A stretch of DNA of 64,000 nt from a bacterium (GTDB lineage Bacteria > J088 > JAWLBW01): NCBI GenBank assembly GCA_041690355.1, contig JAWLHK010000026.1, positions 1-64,000 of the forward strand. The letters run 5' to 3'. Positions 31,901 through 41,680 of the stretch are shown piece by piece. Position numbers and translations under genes: made by a program. Every line of letters starts with the position of its first letter. The first letter of the stretch is position 1. The notes under the pieces were generated by a model. That model was not told the DNA's origin, made no database searches, and saw only the letters and a list, made by a program, of their open reading frames with translations.

Positions 31901-34900
31901 GAAGGTCCAGACGTCGGCCCCCGTGACGGCGTCGACCGTACGCAGGTGCCGGCCACGTCGGTTAAAGACGTAGAGCTGCGCGCCGTCGCCGGAGGGAACC
32001 ACGTACCGATCGAGCGTCGCGCCGGCGAAGGGTGGCGAAATACGGCGGATGCGACGGTTTCCAGCGTCGGCGAACAGCAGACGCCCCTCCTGATCGAGGG
32101 CCAGGGAGTAAATCTCCCGGTTCGAGGCATCGATCGCCGGACCACCGTCACCCGAAAAGCCGTACCGGCCGTAGTTCCCCAAAAGCCGGGTCCTCGTGCC
32201 GTCTGACCTGAGGCTGAATATCGGGTAGCCGCCGCTACTGCCCCGCTCCACGTAGTAGATGGTACCATCCGGGGCTTGGAATACGGCCATCGGATATCCG
32301 TACATATTCGCGACGGTCGTGATGATGCCCGTCGGTGAGAGCCGCCGGATTGCGCGATTGTTGCTGTCAGCGATCAGAATGCCGCCATCGTTCGCAATGG
32401 CGACGGCATAGGGAGCAACCACCGTCGACTGCGTGCCGTACACGCCGTTTTGGTACGAACTGCCCCCGCCGGCGACCGTTTCGATACGACCATCCGGCAT
32501 GACCCGCCGGATGCGATGCGCGCCCGTGTCTGCAATGAACAGGCTGCCGTCGGGGTGCAGGGCGATTCCGCGCGGGCGGGTCAGCGTCGCCTCTGTTGCG
32601 AGACCGCCGTCGCCTGTCGACCCCTCGACGCCTGTGCCGGCCACCCGGTGAAGAATGCCGTCGGGGGTTACCTTCCAGACGCGCATGCCTCCAAACTCGG
32701 CGAAATAGACGGTTCCGCCCTGGTCGACTGCGACCCCGGCAGGCCAGAGCAATCTGACGCCCGCTGCCGATGCGCCGTCTTCGGGTTCTGTGGAACCGCC
32801 CCCGGCAACGCGGGTCACCGACCCGTCAGGCCAAAGGCGGCCGATCCACGGATACTGGGTGCCGGCAATCGCTCTTTCGCTGAAGAACACGGAGCCATCG
32901 GGCCCCATGGCGATAGCCTCCATCCCCAGCGGTCGGTAGGCCAGGGTTTGCACCGTGTTGGGGAGATCCTGAACACGGCTCGTGTTGCCGTCGCCTGTCA
33001 TCAGAATTCCCGACCTGGCATCGTAGTGATGGTGTTCGCTCACCGACCAGCCGTTGACGTGGGTTCCTTCCCACGTGCCAAGCTTACCGGACCAGGAGGT
33101 CGAACTGTCGCGAAGGATGTAGTTGCTGCCGGCGTAGACGGAGAAGCTTCGTCCCCATGCGGTCAGGTTGAGACTGCCGAACAGCGCCGGGCACTGATAG
33201 TACTCGAACCCGTCGTGACACCAGAAATCTGAAATCAGATACTCGAACCGGTAGACGTACGTCAAGGTCACGTTGACAGGCTGCGGCCCTTGAAGGCGCC
33301 GACCATAGGCATCGAGACCATCCCATTCGAATACATACTTCGCTCCAGGGGCCGGCACCGCGTAAATTCGATGCCGATTTCCTGCAATACTGATGTCCAG
33401 TCGCGCATGAACGACATTGGACGGCGGAAAGTCGGAAAACAGCGGGATCGTGAGTCTGCGCGAAGCCTTCTGCCCGGGAACCCGCTGACTCTTGTAGTTC
33501 AGTTTAAGTCCGGTTCCCGTGATGGCAATCGACTCCCCAAAGGCCTGTGTTTCCGGGTAGACGATACACCCCGGGCAGGGGGTGTCGGGCTCGGCCGTGC
33601 CTTCGAGTTCGGGGGTCGCGGTACCCGATAGATCCGGCGCGGGAGCATCCAACTCCGCGAACAGATGGTTGTAGTCCTTATCCGAGAAGTGGCTGTGCTC
33701 GACCCGCCAGACCGACTGTCCGACCGCATACGTTTCGGCGAGCAGCCGGCGCTCGTCGTCCGTGATGCCCAGCGCGTCGAGGCGCGAGATCGGGTCGGCG
33801 GCCCCATCGCCATCGGTATCCAGCAGGGCCATCCCGGCTTCAACGCCGACCAGCGCCATGACGGCGCCGTTCTCGAGCGGCGACCAGATGGCCTGGCTGC
33901 GGTCGTAGGTGCCCACGGGCATGGCCGTGCCGACCGGGAAGCCGTAGAAGTTCTCGACGTAGGCGATCACCGGCTTCGAAAACGTCACCCCCGTTGCGTC
34001 TGCCGCGATGGCTTCGTCGGCCGTGTAATTGATCGCAAAGGTATAGGCCGTCGACGAGGGGAGCTCTCCGGGCATGGCCGCGGGCCCGGCCGCCCCCACC
34101 GTGTACTCGGTCGCCCGAATCGTCAGGGCGTCGACCTCGGTCAGGCTGCCGTCCCGGGCCTTGAGCCACGCGCGGGTGCCGGGTGCAAAGACCAGCATGG
34201 GACGGCGGGCCCCCACGTCATCGGCGACTTCGGAGCCGACCGCCGTCTGCAGTACAGGCGCCGACATGCCGATGACGGTCGCTTTCGGATCGTAGGGGGT
34301 GAGCACGACGTCGTCAAAGGTGACATAGTCCTGCCACGGGATGTCGCGCGTGCGCTGCACGGGCATGTGCCCTTCGAGGTGGTACTCGAGCGTCACCCGC
34401 CCCCCGCCGTTGACGGCCAGATCGAAACGGCCGTCGCTCCGGGTCAGCGTATAGCCGAGTTCGGGGTGGCCGTTGATGACCACCTGCACGCCGGGAAGGG
34501 GCTCCTGTTCGCGGTTGAGCACGCGCCCGCGCAGGACGGCAATGCGGTTCGCCACGATGGCGCCCGATGCGACCCCCATCTGGATCGGCGCGGGTCCCTC
34601 GAAGAGAAAGCTGGTGGCCTCATACAGGTCGGTAAGTTCAATGGGGCTCAGCGGCGGCGCCACCGTAGCGGGGTCGGGCGGGAGCACGGGGCCGCCGGGG
34701 TAAACGACGATCTGAATCACGGCTTCGGACGATTCGAGCTCGCCGTCGCTCGTGACGAACGTGAAGCTCGTCGTGCCGGACCAGCCGGGCAACGGAACGA
34801 ACGTGAACATGCCCGTCCAGGTATCGAGGCTGACCGCCCCGTAGGGACTCTCCTGACGCAAGTGAAAGGTCAACGGCGCGCCTTCGGGGTCGTGGCCCGA

Positions 34901-36166
34901 CAGATAGCCGTCTACCGGCATGCCCTCCTGCGTCGTAAAGGTCGCCCCCCAGGCGTAGGGGGCCACGTTTACGTGCCGGACTTCCAGGTAGGCGTCGACC
35001 GGGTCCGAATAGGCCTGACCGTCGAAGACGCGAAATGCGAACCGATCGGTTCCGTACCAGCCGGCACGCGGCGTATAGGTGAACGAACCGTCGGCGGCAA
35101 GGTCCAGGACGCCGTTCGAGGGGCTGCTGAACACCGAGTACGCGATCGGATCGCCGTCGATATCGGAGCCGTGGAGCTGTGCGTACAGGGTCTGACCCTC
35201 GTCCAGGACGCCGGAATACGGTTGCGCTTCCGGCGGATCGTTCACCGGGAGCACGGTGAGAGACACCGTCGCCGGAGCCGAATAAAGACTGCCGTCGAAG
35301 ACATGGAAGGTAAACGAAGTCTCCCCGTACCAGTCGGCGTCGGGGCGGAATTCGAAACCGCCGGAAAACGGATCGATAACGACCGCGCCGTGAGCCGGCG
35401 GGTCGATCAGGCCGAACTGTAGCACGTCGCCGTCGACGTCGTGGGCAGGCAGCACGCCTGCATAGACCGTATCCTCGAGGCTCTCGACCTGCAACGGCCC
35501 GGCAACGGGCGCATCATTGACGGGGAACACGAGGAGGGTCACGGTCGCGTAGCGCACGTAAGCGCAGTCTTCGACCTGATAGACAAAGCTGGTCGTGCCG
35601 TTCCAGTCCGCATCCGGGGTGAACGAGAAGGTACCGGAGAGCGCATCGATTTCGGTGCGGCCGTGCGGGCTTTCTTCCGCGAGGCTGAACAGGAGCACCT
35701 CTCCGTCGCTGTCGGTTGCATACAACGTGCCGCTTACGCTGGTATCCTCGTCGAGCGACGCAGACGAGTCCCACGCGACAGGCGCCGTATTGTTCTTCAA
35801 CGCGAAGATCGGCACGCCCGTTTCGGCAACCCGCGTCCCGTCCAGGTAAGCCTCGAGTTTGTACGCGGCGCCATCCTTGCCGTTGGTCGCGGGCCAGTGC
35901 TTTCCGGTACGCAGAGAATACGTCCCGCTCGACGTTCCTTGCGCCGTGACGACCGGACTGCGCCAGTAGACTTCGCCTGTGTGCCGGGTATTCGTCAGCA
36001 CGAGCTCGACCGCGCTCAGGCTTTGCAGCTCGGCGCTCCAGCCTACGGTAAGATTCGAGCAGGCATTCACGGGACGGGGGCTGACGCTCAGGTCGATGGC
36101 CGCCGCGAGGACGGCCGACGGCAGCGCGAGCAGTCCTGCGACCGCAAGCATGGCAACGCGATACAT
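28958..36166 (-). CDS. Teneurin-like Rhs/YD polymorphic toxin (signal peptide, tandem Ig/cadherin-like repeats, TTR-like domain, NHL propeller, YD shell, C-terminal toxin)
   Basis: VNDAP/D.DGD repeats; TRSDGRFDLAVNGG; GWSVSEHHHYD; NHL GDGG repeats; YD repeats; core end YVNNDPVNWVDPSG; CT TKHGAERQRQR...GEVVTTW. Confidence 0.92.
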   Translation of the reverse strand: MYRVAMLAVAGLLALPSAVLAAAIDLSVSPRPVNACSNLTVGWSAELQSLSAVELVLTNTRHTGEVYWRSPVVTAQGTSSGTYSLRTGKHWPATNGKDGAAYKLEAYLDGTRVAETGVPIFALKNNTAPVAWDSSASLDEDTSVSGTLYATDSDGEVLLFSLAEESPHGRTEIDALSGTFSFTPDADWNGTTSFVYQVEDCAYVRYATVTLLVFPVNDAPVAGPLQVESLEDTVYAGVLPAHDVDGDVLQFGLIDPPAHGAVVIDPFSGGFEFRPDADWYGETSFTFHVFDGSLYSAPATVSLTVLPVNDPPEAQPYSGVLDEGQTLYAQLHGSDIDGDPIAYSVFSSPSNGVLDLAADGSFTYTPRAGWYGTDRFAFRVFDGQAYSDPVDAYLEVRHVNVAPYAWGATFTTQEGMPVDGYLSGHDPEGAPLTFHLRQESPYGAVSLDTWTGMFTFVPLPGWSGTTSFTFVTSDGELESSEAVIQIVVYPGGPVLPPDPATVAPPLSPIELTDLYEATSFLFEGPAPIQMGVASGAIVANRIAVLRGRVLNREQEPLPGVQVVINGHPELGYTLTRSDGRFDLAVNGGGRVTLEYHLEGHMPVQRTRDIPWQDYVTFDDVVLTPYDPKATVIGMSAPVLQTAVGSEVADDVGARRPMLVFAPGTRAWLKARDGSLTEVDALTIRATEYTVGAAGPAAMPGELPSSTAYTFAINYTADEAIAADATGVTFSKPVIAYVENFYGFPVGTAMPVGTYDRSQAIWSPLENGAVMALVGVEAGMALLDTDGDGAADPISRLDALGITDDERRLLAETYAVGQSVWRVEHSHFSDKDYNHLFAELDAPAPDLSGTATPELEGTAEPDTPCPGCIVYPETQAFGESIAITGTGLKLNYKSQRVPGQKASRRLTIPLFSDFPPSNVVHARLDISIAGNRHRIYAVPAPGAKYVFEWDGLDAYGRRLQGPQPVNVTLTYVYRFEYLISDFWCHDGFEYYQCPALFGSLNLTAWGRSFSVYAGSNYILRDSSTSWSGKLGTWEGTHVNGWSVSEHHHYDARSGILMTGDGNTSRVQDLPNTVQTLAYRPLGMEAIAMGPDGSVFFSERAIAGTQYPWIGRLWPDGSVTRVAGGGSTEPEDGASAAGVRLLWPAGVAVDQGGTVYFAEFGGMRVWKVTPDGILHRVAGTGVEGSTGDGGLATEATLTRPRGIALHPDGSLFIADTGAHRIRRVMPDGRIETVAGGGSSYQNGVYGTQSTVVAPYAVAIANDGGILIADSNNRAIRRLSPTGIITTVANMYGYPMAVFQAPDGTIYYVERGSSGGYPIFSLRSDGTRTRLLGNYGRYGFSGDGGPAIDASNREIYSLALDQEGRLLFADAGNRRIRRISPPFAGATLDRYVVPSGDGAQLYVFNRRGRHLRTVDAVTGADVWTFAYDPAGWLTSLTDVDGKTTWIERDLLGHASAIVAPYGQRTELVIDSNKYLAGVIDPAGNETELYHSADGLLRRIRTPIGGEDMASYTASGLLYRNRNPLGGMQYLAKTGGRVDMTDPLGRLTRIDIVRGASGQERRAVTRPDGSREITERDTGGATVRNVSGGIRTTTTVKPDPRFGMNSPYTASEAVRMASGRTRTSTTVKTVTLANRLDPLSMTARDEVQTVNGRVYASQWRAATRTNRRLTPEGRESVSVHDEKGRVVAQETPGIAPTNLTYRDDGKLTEIRQTAADGEARVTGMDYDPLGRLAELVDPAGRRVRFGYDAADRLTWQELPDGRIVSYAYDGAGNLTSVTPPGRPAHEFLYNPAGLTSDYQPPRIGGPVATTYDYNQAKQLVAVNRPDGVTVEYLYEGDNDPRLPLPNPNTGRLKKIVQPRGDTTFGYDSAGRLANITAPDGGVLSYAYDGSLLLSTTWSNGEVNGSISRTYDNNFWVTSESVNGANTVNFTYDLDGLLTGANTTVNGSAVDFVIARDPDNGLITGSSIGGVSDSISYNGFAEPIGYTATFNGTNTLYDVSYVRDAIGRISSKTETVNGVTTTYDYHYDLAGRLTGVDKNGIPSSSYTYDSNGNRLSYSGELGSFTGTYDAQDRLLTYGDFVYEYTANGELRRKENVVTGEVWEYRYDANGNLLSVSLPDGRLIEYVIDGQNRRIGKKIDGVFVKGWLYGGNLRISAQIDATGNVVGRFFSDLAGAAPAYMVKDGKTYRLITNHLGSVRYVVDIVTGNVVQHIEYDEFGNVQHDSNPNFQPFGFAFGLYDVDTGLVRFGERDYDPTSGLWITKDPIRFGGGLNLYGYVNNDPVNWVDPSGLENTCPYPPPPYDPPLEDPDWDPIDTVVDVLTGGMAGAGRRTVTTILNAVGKKIKGKTKHGAERQRQRQVTDEAMEDAVENPVSVIEQPDRGTTRYEGREATVVVNENGEVVTTWRTK

Positions 36167-36221
36167 AACTCTCCTGCAGTAACACGGCGCCCCGATTGGT
36201 GGAGCGCTTTTCCAGAGAGTG

Positions 36222-36268
36222 ATTGTAGCGAAATTGAAATGTCACACAACTCTGACAGATATGTCAGA
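36222..36268 (-). promoter_or_regulatory. Putative promoter (-10 TACAAT) with upstream 18-bp palindrome TCTGACA-GATA-TGTCAGA
   Basis: Perfect 7-bp inverted repeat at 36251-36268; TACAAT on the minus strand at 36222-36227; lies between response regulator and toxin gene. Confidence 0.55.
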
Positions 36269-36269
36269 A

Positions 36270-36953
36270 TTACTGCCTGGCCTCGACCGAAAAGCGATAC
36301 CCGAGGCCGCGCTCCGAACGCACATAGGCAGGGCGCTTCGGATTGCGCTCGACCTTCAGGCGCAGTCGCGAGACGAGCTTTTCGAGGGCGCTCACCTTGG
36401 CGCAATCGGAGCACCCCCAGAGCGCCTCGACGAGGACCTCACGCCTCAGGGCTCCCGGTGATTGGAACAAGGTAGACAGAAGCGTCCATTCGAGCGGCGA
36501 GAGCTTGCGCTCTTCGCCCCGCACCAGGAGCCGGCGTTGCGAGAGAGAAAATTCAAGGTGCTCATCCTTGAAGCTCTCGTCGGCCCACTCGCGTCGCCGA
36601 AGGAACCCTTGGATATGCGCCTCGAGCAGGGCGACGCTGAAGGGTTTTGCCAGAAATGCATCGGCGCCCTGGGTCAGGCAGGCCACCTGATCCTCATCCC
36701 GGGTCCGCCCGGTCACGGCGAGAATGGGTAGCTGCCTGAAGCCCGCCGCGCGCACCTGCGCAATTAAATCGAGCCCGCTGACGGTGGGGAGGTTCCAGTC
36801 GACCAGCAGGATATCGGGGTTGAAGCTGGCGAGAGCCGGGAGAAGGCCGTCACCGAGACCATGTGCCAGGTCCCAGCCGCGGGCTGCGCAGTGACGTTTC
36901 AGCATGCGGACGATTTTCTCGTCGTCCTCGACCAGGTAAACGCGAACACTCAT
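36270..36953 (-). CDS. OmpR/PhoB-family response regulator (no adjacent kinase)
   Basis: LVEDD, LLVDWNLP, GADAFLAKPF, VSRLRLK, SERGLGYRF. Confidence 0.9.
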   Translation of the reverse strand: MSVRVYLVEDDEKIVRMLKRHCAARGWDLAHGLGDGLLPALASFNPDILLVDWNLPTVSGLDLIAQVRAAGFRQLPILAVTGRTRDEDQVACLTQGADAFLAKPFSVALLEAHIQGFLRRREWADESFKDEHLEFSLSQRRLLVRGEERKLSPLEWTLLSTLFQSPGALRREVLVEALWGCSDCAKVSALEKLVSRLRLKVERNPKRPAYVRSERGLGYRFSVEARQ

Positions 36954-37258
36954 GAGCGGGAACTGCTCTCACACTGAAGGCGTTCCTCGGGCGGAATCGC
37001 ACATACCGGGCAAGGTAGCACATTGACGCTCGGGAAGCCAACCGCCTAACGATGGCAGATGGAAAATCGCAGATGGCAGATTGGAAAGGCACCGTTGCGT
37101 TTCTCGATTCTGCGGCATCCACCGGACCAAGGCCATCCAGGCTGTATTCTGGCCCTCACCCGCCACTCCACCGCCGCCGGCTCTCGCCGGCGCGCAAGGA
37201 TACCCCGTACGATTCCAGCGGAACGCACTTTTGACTACGATCGTCGCGGGAGACCACC

Positions 37259-37906
37259 ATGAAACTCACGCGCATCCTGCGTCACGCGGCCGCGTCAGGC
37301 TTCGTGCTGGCAGTGCCCTTCTCGTTCGCCGGGGAGCCTGCGGCGGCCCAGGAGGGAACACAGTCTTATGTCGCAACCCTCAAACCCCTCAACGATGACC
37401 TGGCGCCCGGTTCCCCTTCGGGGACGGTGGAATTCACCGCCGAGGGGCAGCAGCTGCGGATCAAGGCCGACGTCGACGGGGTTCCGCCCGGAATGCGGCT
37501 GATGCATTACCACGGCCACGCCGACGGCACGGATGCCGTCTGCCCGACCCGCGCCGACGACCGGAACGGAGACGGCATCGTCGATCTTCTCGAGGCGGTC
37601 GAGAAAGCGGGCGATACCATGGTCCCCTTCCACGGCGATCCGGTCAGCCTGGCGATTCCGTCCGAAACCTATCCGGTCGCCAACGAGCGCGGCGAGCTCT
37701 CCTACAAGCGATCGGTGCCGCTCGGCGACCTGTCACAAGCGGTGGAAAAGAAGTTCGGCACCGAAGAGCTGGACCTGGAGAAGCGCGTCGTATTGATTCA
37801 CGGCGTTCCCGAGGACAAAACGCTTCCGCCCACGGCGCAGTCGCTCCCCGACGTTCCCGCCGAGGTCACCGTCCCGATTGCCTGCGGAGAAATCCGCAAA
37901 CCATAA
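37259..37906 (+). CDS. Secreted protein, possibly Cu/Zn-SOD-like fold
   Basis: Signal peptide; MHYHGH, DxNGDG, VVLIHG, PIACGEI. Confidence 0.6.
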   Translation: MKLTRILRHAAASGFVLAVPFSFAGEPAAAQEGTQSYVATLKPLNDDLAPGSPSGTVEFTAEGQQLRIKADVDGVPPGMRLMHYHGHADGTDAVCPTRADDRNGDGIVDLLEAVEKAGDTMVPFHGDPVSLAIPSETYPVANERGELSYKRSVPLGDLSQAVEKKFGTEELDLEKRVVLIHGVPEDKTLPPTAQSLPDVPAEVTVPIACGEIRKP

Positions 37907-37956
37907 AAGCCAAAACCATAAATGCCAAATGCCAAATGGCAAATGGCAGATGTCCA

Positions 37957-38363
37957 TCACCCGGATTTGCGCCTCCTGTCCAGCGCGTCGATCCCATCAA
38001 TGGCGGCACCCTTTCGATTGCCGGCCGATCGACTCGGCCAGTTCGTGCAGTTCTTTACGCGCGTTTTCCAGGCTGGCATATCGCTCGCTCCGTGCAATGA
38101 CGTAAAGCATCGAGCGGACCTCGCCGGCCGAGCCGCGGGCGATATACAGGAAGTTCATCAGCTCTTTCGTTGAGCACCGCTCGAAGCCCTCGGCGATGTT
38201 GTTCGGCACGGACAAGGCCGCTTTACCGAGCTGTCTGCGCATGTCTACCTGATAGTCGAAGCTCTTGTCCTCCACGAGCGTGTCGAGGGGCCAGAAGGTC
38301 TGCGCGAGCTGGCTCGTAGCAGGAGCACCCTGTGAGGCTCTTGTTCTCGAACACGCTGTTCAT
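37957..38363 (-). pseudogene. Degraded second four-helix-bundle gene
   Basis: DKSFDYQVDMRRQLGKAALSVPNNIAEGFER...IARGSAGEVRS; N- and C-termini out of frame; paralog of 16340-16737. Confidence 0.75.
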
Positions 38364-38517
38364 GCGGCGCTGGCCCTTCGAGACGCCGGTGTGGACGTCC
38401 TCGTCAGACCATACCGAATCATTGAGTCTCGTTCGTCCAGGACCGGCTCCTCAGGGCGAACGGTCACGCGATGAACCTGTTTTGGACAAGACTGTCTACC
38501 ATCTGCCATTTTCTTGG

Positions 38518-39063
38518 CTATTCTTCCGGTAGCTTCACGCCCGGCAGGTGGAACCGTTGGAATTCCGCGAGGAAGCTGAGGGTGCGGGTGTCGACGCGGT
38601 CGACGTATACGGCGCCGTCGAGGTGATCGGTTTCGTGCTGCAGGATGCGCGCGTAGAACCCCTCGGCCTCGAAGCGGACCGGGTTCGCCTCCGCATCCAA
38701 TGCTTCGACGCCGACCTTCGCCCAGCGGCGGACGCGTCCGCGCAGATCGGGCACGCTCAGGCACCCCTCGTGATCGTCGATCGTCGCCTCGCCGATCGGC
38801 GTGAGGCGGATGTTGAAGAGGACGTGCACGGGGATGTCGGGGGCCTGCGGGTAACGTGGATTTCCGCGTACCTCGATGACGGCCATGCGCAGCGGCAGGT
38901 GCACCTGGGGCGCCGCGAGGCCGACACCAGCGTACTCGCGCATCGTGTCGACCATGTCGGCGAGGAGGCGTTTCATCTCGGGCGCGCGGATTTCCTCCGG
39001 CGTGAGATCGCGCGTCCCCGCGCGAAGGACGGGGTGACCGAGGCGGGAAACCTTGAGGATCAT
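38518..39063 (-). CDS. def: Peptide deformylase
   Basis: GVGLAAPQV, EGCLSVP, QHETDHLDG. Confidence 0.96.
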   Translation of the reverse strand: MILKVSRLGHPVLRAGTRDLTPEEIRAPEMKRLLADMVDTMREYAGVGLAAPQVHLPLRMAVIEVRGNPRYPQAPDIPVHVLFNIRLTPIGEATIDDHEGCLSVPDLRGRVRRWAKVGVEALDAEANPVRFEAEGFYARILQHETDHLDGAVYVDRVDTRTLSFLAEFQRFHLPGVKLPEE

Positions 39064-39120
39064 GTGACACCTTTGGCTATAGGATACCGCGAGGGGGCGT
39101 GGTGAGCGAGGGGCCGCGGA

Positions 39121-39715
39121 GGAGGAGTGGGGGAGCGGGGGAGGGGGAGAGGGGGGGCTTTCGGACGTCGGTCAGGAAGCGGAGAACGAAACAAATTCCT
39201 TGGGGACCTGCGATCCCGGATTCCCCTGTCCTTCCGCCGCCGGAGGCACTGCGGAACCCGCGGGCACCGTCCCCCCGAGCGGTAGCGAGGGGGCTACCAT
39301 CGTTCACCGATGCACGGACCGCCAGGATTCAGCCCCAACGTTCCAAAGCGATCGCATGCTCGCCGAACGTCGGGAGGTGCAGGGAGGCACGCGCGGCGTA
39401 CGCTTGGCCCGCGCGGTCACTTCGCGAGGAGTGGGGGAGGGGGAGAGGGGGGGCTTTCGGACGCCGGACGTCGGTCAGGAAGCAAGAACGAAACCAATTT
39501 CTTGGGACCTGCGATCCCGGATTCCCCTGCCCCGCCGCCGCCGGAGGCACTGCGGAACCCGCGGGCACCGTCCCCCCGAGCGGTAGCGAGGGGGCTATCA
39601 TGGTGCACCGGTGCTCGGGCCGCCAGGATTCAGACCCGCAGCGCCAAAGCGAACCCGCGGTCGCCGCACGCCGCGAGGTGCGAGAATGCACCCGCGGCAT
39701 CCTCGTGGCATGCAC
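39121..39715. repeat. Tandem duplication of an ~300-bp non-coding unit
   Basis: Two copies offset by ~301 nt; near-identical core 39203-39296 vs 39504-39597. Confidence 0.88.
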
Positions 39716-39835
39716 GGTACCCGGATGGGTATCTTCGTTCTTGCAGACGATGCATTTCATGACCTTCTCCGTTCGAAATCATCGTACCATCGGGCAGCGT
39801 CGGGCTCATATACTGTAACGATAATAACTTCAAGC
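39716..39835 (-). pseudogene. Remnant of DUF4258 toxin/YgiT-type zinc-finger antitoxin pair
   Basis: IIVTVYEPDAARWYDDFERRRS* overlapping (ATGA) MKCIVCKNEDTHPGT; both truncated. Confidence 0.7.
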
Positions 39836-40224
39836 CGGAGAAGCAAGAACCACCTGGTGGGGTCGATCGGCGAGCGCCTTCCGGTCTGACGATCATGCCT
39901 CTCGGAGAGTAGCCCGGGCGAGTGCGCCGGGCGTCACAGGCGCGTAGGCGGGAGCGCTCCGCTGCAACCCCGCGGGGTCGGAAACGCGTGGAAATCGATT
40001 GGCTACTAAATGATGCGACCCCGCTGGGGTCGGCGTGACGCCTGCCTCCGCCTGTGCGGAGCCATTCCGCCTCCTCGCGGAGGCGGGACGCCGCAGCCGT
40101 ATGTGGAGATCAGTTCCCCCTCCTCGTGGAGGAGGGGGACAGGGGGTGGTGTCGTTCGGAATACCGACGTCCGGCGCACTGCCCCCCGTAGCGTAGCGGA
40201 TGGGGGGTCCGACGTCCGATGACC

Positions 40225-41658
40225 TCAGACGGCCACGCCCGACAGGTACTGGTCGACGGCCCGGGCCGCTTCGCGGCCTTCCCAGATCGCCCAGACGACC
40301 AGCGAGGCGCCGCGGCGGGTGTCGCCGGCGACGAAGACGCCGGGAACCGAGGACTCATACCGCTGCGCGTCGGCGAGCACGTTGCCGCGCGGATCGTAGG
40401 CGACCTGCAGCTCGTCGAGCAGCCCCTTGTGCACCGGGGCGACGAAGCCCATGGCGAGGAGCACCAGGTCGGCCTTGATCTCGAAGTCAGAGCCGGGAAT
40501 CTCCTGCATGCTCATGCGGCCGCTCTCATCCGCCTTCCACTCCAGACGCACGGCGTGCAGCGTGTCAACCTTGCCGTCCTTGCCCGAGAGCCGCTTCGTG
40601 GCCACGGCCCAGTCGCGCACGCCCCCTTCCTCATGCGAGGTCGAGGTGCGCAGCATCATCGGCCACAGCGGCCACGGCGTCTGCGGAGCACGATCGTCGG
40701 GCGGCTTCGGCATGAGCTCGAGCTGCGTGACCGAGAGCGCCCCCTGGCGGTGCGAGGTGCCGACGCAGTCGGCGCCGGTGTCGCCGCCGCCGATGACGAC
40801 GACATGCTTGCCTTCGGCCGTGATCGACTTCTCGGCGGGCACGTTGTCGCCCGCGACCCGCTTGTTCTGCTGCGGGAGAAAATCCATGGCGAGGTGCACG
40901 CCGTCCAGATCCCGCCCTTCCACCGGCAGCTCCCGGGGTTCCCCCGCGCCGATGGCGAGGACGACAGCGTCGAAGTCGCGGCGCAGTTCCGTCGCCGACA
41001 CGTCCTTGCCGACGTGCACGTTCGGGGCGAAGACGACCCCTTCTTCCTTCATGACGTCGAGGCGGCGATCGATGAAGCGCTTTTCGAGCTTGAAGTCGGG
41101 AATGCCGTAGCGCAGCAGGCCGCCGATGCGGTCGTCCCGTTCGAAGACGGTCACCAGGTGGCCGGCCTTGTTCAGCTGATCGGCGGCGGCGAGCCCGGCC
41201 GGACCCGAGCCGATGACGGCCACGCGCTTGCCCGTGCGGCTCGCCGGGGGATTCGCCTTGATCCAGCCTTCTTCCCACCCGCGCTCGGCGATGGAGAACT
41301 CGATCTGTTTGATGGTGACCGGGTCGTCGTTGATGCCGAGCACGCACGCGGTTTCGCACGGCGCGGGGCAGACGCGTCCCGTCCACTCGGGAAAGTTGTT
41401 CGTCTTGTGCAAAAAGTCGAGCGCTTCGTGCCAGCGATCGCGGTAGACGAGATCGTTCCAGTCGGGAATCAGGTTCCCCAGCGGACAGCCGTTGTTGCAG
41501 AAGGGAATGCCGCAGTCCATGCAGCGGGCCCCCTGGTCGCGCAGCTCTTCGCTCGGCGGGAGCTGCTCGATCTCCCGGTAGTCCTTGACGCGCTCTTCGA
41601 CAGGCCGCTTCTTCGGCGTCTTGCGCTTCTTCTCCAGAAATCCGGTTACCTTACCCAT
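40225..41658 (-). CDS. gltD: Glutamate synthase small subunit
   Basis: [35 protein letters not shown]. Confidence 0.97.
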   Translation of the reverse strand: MGKVTGFLEKKRKTPKKRPVEERVKDYREIEQLPPSEELRDQGARCMDCGIPFCNNGCPLGNLIPDWNDLVYRDRWHEALDFLHKTNNFPEWTGRVCPAPCETACVLGINDDPVTIKQIEFSIAERGWEEGWIKANPPASRTGKRVAVIGSGPAGLAAADQLNKAGHLVTVFERDDRIGGLLRYGIPDFKLEKRFIDRRLDVMKEEGVVFAPNVHVGKDVSATELRRDFDAVVLAIGAGEPRELPVEGRDLDGVHLAMDFLPQQNKRVAGDNVPAEKSITAEGKHVVVIGGGDTGADCVGTSHRQGALSVTQLELMPKPPDDRAPQTPWPLWPMMLRTSTSHEEGGVRDWAVATKRLSGKDGKVDTLHAVRLEWKADESGRMSMQEIPGSDFEIKADLVLLAMGFVAPVHKGLLDELQVAYDPRGNVLADAQRYESSVPGVFVAGDTRRGASLVVWAIWEGREAARAVDQYLSGVAV

Positions 41659-41680
41659 CGTACGCTTCCGAAAAAAGTCC

